Source: a virus (Duplodnaviria > Caudoviricetes). From it: DNA of 52,952 bases. A program made the translations under genes and the position numbers. This document shows positions 47,327 to 52,952 of this stretch, piece after piece. How positions within the stretch are numbered: position 1 is the first letter of the stretch; each line of letters starts with the position of its first letter. Where the stretch lies: IMG/VR virus record IMGVR_UViG_3300027833_000068, positions 1 through 52,952 of that record, one strand, 5' to 3'. Under the pieces are notes generated by a model, which did no database searches, had not been told where the DNA came from, and worked only from the letters and a program-made list of their open reading frames with translations.

Positions 47327-50300
47327 ATGTCACAAGTAGGTAGAATATCAGGTCCATTATTATTTGCCAATCTGGAAAGAAATGGCGTTGACCTTGCGTT
47401 CGAAACAGACTTAATTTATCTTGATGTTAGTGCCGGCAAGATTGGTATTAATAACTCTTCTCCTAGTAATGATTTACAGATTTTAGATACTACAAGGACA
47501 GTATCTTTAATAACTGATACACAAGCAGACATTGCAAACATTAATATTCAAGACACAACTATACAGCCGTTTCCTGGCAATTTGTTTCTTGATGCACGTT
47601 ATAAAATTACAGCAAGTAATATACAAACAGGCGATGTGTTTATTGATGATAATTATATTTCAACTACAAATAGTAATTCGAACTTAGAACTAAGACCTAA
47701 CGGAACAGGGCGAGTTGAAGTATATAATAACTTAGAAGTTAACGGAGATATACACGCAGATGGTAATATTACACTTGAAGGTAATATTACATTTGGTGAT
47801 TCAGTTGCACAAGACACTATAACATTTGAAACTGATATTACAAGTGATATAGATCCTAATACAACAATACCACAATCAATATACGATTTAGGTAAAGCAG
47901 ACAAACGTTGGTTAGAAGCAAATAATAGACTAACAAACATTTCAAGAATTAATGCTACAGACTTTGCACTAGGCGGCGTTGATCTTACACTATCGCCTGG
48001 AAAAACTATTTACGTTGCTAAGAATGGTGATAATGATAGCAGTGGCACAAACATACAAGCACCTTTTGAAACAATCGATTATGCTGTAACACAAGCAACT
48101 TCAGGAGATACTATATATGTTCTTCCAGGAGAGTACGAAGAAAGTTGTCCTATAGTTGTTCCTGCAGGAGTAACTGTTGTAGGCCACGATGTGAGAAATA
48201 CAATAATTTCTCCACCAAGCAGTGCAAGTACTACAGACATATTTCATCTTAATGGTGAAACAACTGTCCAAAATTTTACAATTAAAGATTTCTTTTATAA
48301 TAGTGGCACTGATGTAGGATATGCATTTAGATTTGCACCTAACGCAACTGTTACATCACGTAGTCCTTACATACAAAATATTACAGTAAGCACACAAGGT
48401 ACAACTACAAGTGCAAGTGATCCAAGAGGATTTGCAAGTGCTGATGCAGGTAAAGGTGCATTAGTTGACGGTGCAAGTGTACTAAGCACAAGTAATGATG
48501 CAAGTATGTTATTCCACGCTGTAACATTTATTACACCGGGCGTTGATGCACTTACAATGACTAATGGTGTAAGAGTCGAATGGTTAAATTCATTTACATA
48601 CTTTGCTAATAGGGGATTGTATGCTGTCAACGGCACCACAGGACATTTAAGTACAGACGGGTCGACAGTACTTTATGGTGCTGAATTAAGATCAATAGGA
48701 TCAGCAAACGTATATGGAAACAAAGGTGCTGTAGCAGATGGCGCAGACACATTAATGTATCTTATTCAACACAACTTTGGATACATAGGTGCAGGAAAAT
48801 TTGTTGACAATGATCCAAGTAGAGCAATACAAGTAAACGAAACTGAAGAATTAAATTCAGGTACAATATACTTTAGTTCAACAGACCATTTAGGAAACTT
48901 TAGAGTCGGTGAACAGTTTTTTGTTGACCTAGATACAGGAAACAGTACATTAACAATTGACGAATCAACAGTTGATGCACTTGCAGGACTAACTGTTACT
49001 ACAAACGGCAACATTGCAATTATCGACGGCACAAAAGTACAAAATCAAAATATTAGATTAAGCGGCAATACAATAGAAAGCCTCAGCGGCGGCATAACTA
49101 TTGATAGTCCTGTATCAACATTTATAAATTTAAATGCTAACACTAGTCTTACTGGTAACTTGGATATTACTGACAACTTTACATTTGACGGCACACTTTC
49201 GTTAGCAGGCAACCAGCCAACAGATACCGTAACATTTAATACTGAGTTTAGCCAGGACTTAGAGCCTAACCAGCACGAAACATTTACACTAGGTAAGCCA
49301 GACAAGCGTTGGAATATTGCTCATGTAAATGATGCTAGACTAAATGACATTGATATAGAAACTAATTTTATAACTACAACTGTTTCTAATGCAGACTTAG
49401 AACTACGTGCTAATGGAACAGGTACAGTAAATATTACTGATAATTTTACTATTGGTAATAATTTTACAGTAGATGGCACAAGTACATACCAAGATATACA
49501 GGTTAGTACAATTGATGTAGATGCTGATTTAACATCAACTAACTTTACAATCAAAAACTTTAATATAGATGGTAGCTTGGGACAACTAGGTCGCACACAA
49601 TTTGAAAATATAGTAATTGACGATAACTTTATTTCTACTACAGTAAGTAATAGTGATTTAGAATTACGTGCTGCAGGAACAGGTTCAATTACAACTGATG
49701 AATTTGTAAGAATTAATAATACATTATATGTTGAAGGTACAACTACTACTGGTGATGTTTCAGTAACTAATGATGTTACATTTACTACTATCGAAACTGA
49801 CGATATAAGAATTACGTCAAACACTATTACAGGTTTAAATTCAAATCAAGATATAATTTTAGAAGCACCTGATACTGTAGATTTGTTAAACGGTGATGTT
49901 GAAATTACACAAAACTTAACAGTAAACGGTAATACTACTCTAAATGATTTATCAGTTAACGGTTCGATAACACAAACTGGAGATACAACACAGACAGGTA
50001 ATTTAAATATTTCAGGCGAAATAAGCAACGGTAATATTTTAATTGAAGATAACTTTATTACAGCAACAGAATCAAACAGTGATTTAGAACTTCGTGCTAA
50101 TGGCACTGGAGAAATTTACATACCTGAGAGTGTAACTGTAAACAATAATTTAGATGTAAACGGAACAAGTACATTTAGTAACTTTACTGTTACAGGAACA
50201 TTTGCACCAGGATTTTCATACGTTGATGGCGATAGAGGGTTTACAGGCAACTTAACAGTTACACAAAATATTGACGTTACACAACAAGCACAGTTTGAAG

Positions 50301-52864
50301 AAATATTAATTGATGATAATTTTATTACTACTACGTCAAGTAATGCAGATTTAGAACTTCGTGCTGTAGGCACAGGCGAAGTATTAATACCAAACAACAA
50401 TGTAGAAATTACAAATGATTTAAGTGTAGCAAATGCACAAGTTGTAAATGTTAATATTGCACAAGACTTAGTGTTAAATGAATTAATTATACCACCTAGC
50501 ATTATAGAAATAGATGATAATTTTATTAGCACAAGAATATCAAATGCTGATTTAGATTTACGTGCAGACGGTAATGGAAATATTGTGTTCACTGATAATA
50601 CAACTATTACTAACGCACTCAGTGTTAACACACTAAGCACTTTAGATGATGTTGAAATTACAGGCATTACAAATATTAATGGCAATACAACATTTACTAA
50701 TGATTATACTGTTACAGGTACACTTACTACAGACGAACTAGTTCTTACTGAAAGCAAACAAGAATTTGAAGGTATTACTATTGATGGCAACGTTATTAAA
50801 AGTGTTAACAGTAATAGTGATTTAGAACTACGTGCAAATGGTACAGGTAAAGTTGTTTTTCAAGAAGATGTTGTTTTTGAAAATGATGTAAGCGCAGATA
50901 ATCTTACAGCATTTAATATTATTGCAGACCAAGATTTTGAAGCAGCACTATTAGATAGTGACGATGTTGAATTTTTTAATAATGTTGTAACAACTACATT
51001 AAGCAATAGTAATTTAGAATTACGTGCAAATGGTACAGGTATAATTGATGTACAAAATGATTTAGATATTACAAACAATTTAACTGTTAATGATCTAACA
51101 ACAATTAATAATGTTGTAAATATCAGCGATCCAGTTACGGTGAATAATAATGTAACAATGACTGGTGATTTACAAACTACTTCCGGTGCTACAATTAATG
51201 GTACACTTACAGTAGAGCATACAACAGGTCCTTTACAATACGATTCAATTGCAAACTTTTATATTGATAATAATCAAATTATATTATCTACCACAAGCGA
51301 CCTTACATTAAATGCAAGCGGAACTGGAGTTGTATCTTTAACAGATACAATAGTAAGTCAAGATATGTCAGCAAATGCTGCATCGTTTGGTAGTTTACGA
51401 ATATTAGATAGTGTTGCACTAGAAAACATGGTCAGTTCAACTGATATTGAAATATTTGACAATGTTATAACAACAACAAATAGTAATAGTAATTTAGAAT
51501 TACGTGCTGCCGGTGATGTAGAAATTGATAATAATTTTGACGTAACAGGCAACGTAGTAGTTGATGGTGCAAATAGTTTACAAGATACTAATATTAATGC
51601 AACACTTAATATTAACTCTAATGTTAATCAAAGCGGCGACAGAGATATTACAGGCAATGTTTCGGTAACAAACTTAACTGTAGATAGACAAACCGATTTA
51701 GGAAACTTTACGTTTGAAGACAGTACATTAACAAATAATAATGCTGGTGATTTAACATTTACAGCATCAGGAACAGGTAATGTAGTTATCGAACAAGGCG
51801 GTGCTAATAACGTTTCTGCAACTAGAGCATTGAGTGATGGGTTTATTATTAACAATGTTGTTACAGCAAATAAATTTGTAACAACGGATGATATAGAAAT
51901 ATTCCAAAATGTAATTACAACTACAAACAGTAATAGTAATTTAGAGTTGCGTACATCAGGTACTGGCACAGTGTTTATTGAAGATTTAGAATTTGATGCC
52001 TCTACGTTAACGTCCAATGATGATATTATAATAACATCTGAAAATGTTATTTTTGATAATGTGCGCTCTATATCACTTCCACAAGGTGATAACTCACAAC
52101 GTATTGTAGCAACAGGCGGAACGTTTGTACTAGACGGTGGTAACGGAGTTAATGATCCGCATCTATCTACAGTATCAGGCGGGAATGCAACAACTGTGTT
52201 TGGACCGAGTGATGTATTTTATGATGCAGGAACATCATTAGAGCCTAATGGTAATCCGGGTGATTTAAGATTTAATACTGAGTCTAACTTATTTGAAGGA
52301 TTTAGTCAAGCAAATCAATATTTTGGTGGTGTGTTTAGTGAAGATGCTCGAACTAATGTACAAACTAATAACAACGAAATAGAATTTACAATATCAGATA
52401 CAAAAGTAGGTAGTGTTGCATATGACGGTGTAACTATTAATACGTCATTACAAACAGCAAGTTTAATTATTGAAAACAATACTATAACAGCACCTGTTAA
52501 TACATCATTACAATTAACACCAAATGGCGCGGGTACTGTACAATTCTTTGATCATACTAGATTAAACGATAACAAGATACAAAACTTAGCAAACGACGGT
52601 CCGTTAACACTATCATCTACTGATAACGGTTATATTAAGATCAATACTCTTGTAAACGGGTTTGTAGTTCCAGTTGGTGATGATACAAATAGAGGATTAA
52701 CACCTGTAGTTGGCGAATTGCGATACAATACTGACTCCGGTGACACTGGAGGCCAAGAAGTTTATAATGGCACTGAATGGGTATCTGTTGCAGGTGATAA
52801 CAGTCAAGCAGACGCACTAGTTATTGGTGAAGCTATTGATGAATGGACTCTTATACTAGGGTAA
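47327..52864 (+). CDS. Large repeat-rich fibre/spike protein with parallel beta-helix domain (1845 aa)
   Basis: About 10 clear copies of DNFI.TT.SNSDLELRA.GTG; IYVAKNGDND.SG...APFETI..A...A.SGDTIYV.PG.Y.E beta-helix start; C-terminal GELRYNT. Confidence 0.8.
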   Translation: MSQVGRISGPLLFANLERNGVDLAFETDLIYLDVSAGKIGINNSSPSNDLQILDTTRTVSLITDTQADIANINIQDTTIQPFPGNLFLDARYKITASNIQTGDVFIDDNYISTTNSNSNLELRPNGTGRVEVYNNLEVNGDIHADGNITLEGNITFGDSVAQDTITFETDITSDIDPNTTIPQSIYDLGKADKRWLEANNRLTNISRINATDFALGGVDLTLSPGKTIYVAKNGDNDSSGTNIQAPFETIDYAVTQATSGDTIYVLPGEYEESCPIVVPAGVTVVGHDVRNTIISPPSSASTTDIFHLNGETTVQNFTIKDFFYNSGTDVGYAFRFAPNATVTSRSPYIQNITVSTQGTTTSASDPRGFASADAGKGALVDGASVLSTSNDASMLFHAVTFITPGVDALTMTNGVRVEWLNSFTYFANRGLYAVNGTTGHLSTDGSTVLYGAELRSIGSANVYGNKGAVADGADTLMYLIQHNFGYIGAGKFVDNDPSRAIQVNETEELNSGTIYFSSTDHLGNFRVGEQFFVDLDTGNSTLTIDESTVDALAGLTVTTNGNIAIIDGTKVQNQNIRLSGNTIESLSGGITIDSPVSTFINLNANTSLTGNLDITDNFTFDGTLSLAGNQPTDTVTFNTEFSQDLEPNQHETFTLGKPDKRWNIAHVNDARLNDIDIETNFITTTVSNADLELRANGTGTVNITDNFTIGNNFTVDGTSTYQDIQVSTIDVDADLTSTNFTIKNFNIDGSLGQLGRTQFENIVIDDNFISTTVSNSDLELRAAGTGSITTDEFVRINNTLYVEGTTTTGDVSVTNDVTFTTIETDDIRITSNTITGLNSNQDIILEAPDTVDLLNGDVEITQNLTVNGNTTLNDLSVNGSITQTGDTTQTGNLNISGEISNGNILIEDNFITATESNSDLELRANGTGEIYIPESVTVNNNLDVNGTSTFSNFTVTGTFAPGFSYVDGDRGFTGNLTVTQNIDVTQQAQFEEILIDDNFITTTSSNADLELRAVGTGEVLIPNNNVEITNDLSVANAQVVNVNIAQDLVLNELIIPPSIIEIDDNFISTRISNADLDLRADGNGNIVFTDNTTITNALSVNTLSTLDDVEITGITNINGNTTFTNDYTVTGTLTTDELVLTESKQEFEGITIDGNVIKSVNSNSDLELRANGTGKVVFQEDVVFENDVSADNLTAFNIIADQDFEAALLDSDDVEFFNNVVTTTLSNSNLELRANGTGIIDVQNDLDITNNLTVNDLTTINNVVNISDPVTVNNNVTMTGDLQTTSGATINGTLTVEHTTGPLQYDSIANFYIDNNQIILSTTSDLTLNASGTGVVSLTDTIVSQDMSANAASFGSLRILDSVALENMVSSTDIEIFDNVITTTNSNSNLELRAAGDVEIDNNFDVTGNVVVDGANSLQDTNINATLNINSNVNQSGDRDITGNVSVTNLTVDRQTDLGNFTFEDSTLTNNNAGDLTFTASGTGNVVIEQGGANNVSATRALSDGFIINNVVTANKFVTTDDIEIFQNVITTTNSNSNLELRTSGTGTVFIEDLEFDASTLTSNDDIIITSENVIFDNVRSISLPQGDNSQRIVATGGTFVLDGGNGVNDPHLSTVSGGNATTVFGPSDVFYDAGTSLEPNGNPGDLRFNTESNLFEGFSQANQYFGGVFSEDARTNVQTNNNEIEFTISDTKVGSVAYDGVTINTSLQTASLIIENNTITAPVNTSLQLTPNGAGTVQFFDHTRLNDNKIQNLANDGPLTLSSTDNGYIKINTLVNGFVVPVGDDTNRGLTPVVGELRYNTDSGDTGGQEVYNGTEWVSVAGDNSQADALVIGEAIDEWTLILG

Positions 52865-52886
52865 GTCAACCCTTTTCTCTTTAATT

Positions 52887-52894
52887 GATAAATA
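52887..52894 (+). promoter_or_regulatory. Putative late promoter GATAAATA
   Basis: Same GATAAATACTA context as 44802. Confidence 0.55.
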
Positions 52895-52952
52895 CTATTA
52901 ATGCAATGTACGACCATACTTGCAGGGTCAAACTGTGGTTAGCCAGCAAAGA

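Noticed and set aside
49340-51970. Repeats as DGR template/variable regions
   Set aside because: Protein-level repeats without adenine-specific mismatch pattern; no reverse transcriptase in the window.
1-52952. Alternative genetic code (stop-codon reassignment seen in some large phages)
   Set aside because: Genes are full length and tightly packed under code 11, and TAG ends genes normally (e.g. 32399, 37950).

Overview
AT-rich fragment of a large T4-like tailed phage genome (myovirus-type, Caudoviricetes; probably an uncultivated jumbo-type lineage), standard genetic code. Left arm (minus strand, 1-28439): baseplate/tail module with a truncated tail-collar fibre gene, a 5011-aa structural protein, gp6-, gp25-, gp5-, gp27-, gp53- and gp48/54-like genes. 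The gp5-like protein ends in a muramidase domain and the hub protein carries an M15 peptidase. Middle (plus strand, 28517-32883): gp55-like late sigma factor, gp47/gp46 (Mre11/Rad50-type) and a stand-alone GIY-YIG nuclease, driven by two perfect sigma70 promoters. Directly after the nuclease lies a ~520-nt ORF-poor region with many GU-containing, long-range and crossing (pseudoknot-like) helices. This candidate large structured ncRNA is the most interesting element. Next come a gp26-like/gp51-like chaperone pair joined by a canonical -1 slippery site and facing a tape-measure gene. The head module follows (portal, acidic core protein, gp21 protease, gp22 scaffold, gp23 capsid), then a second structured leader RNA and repeat-rich virion/fibre genes. 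No tRNA, rRNA, CRISPR array or IS element was recognised. All family calls come from reading motifs by eye, not from database searches.
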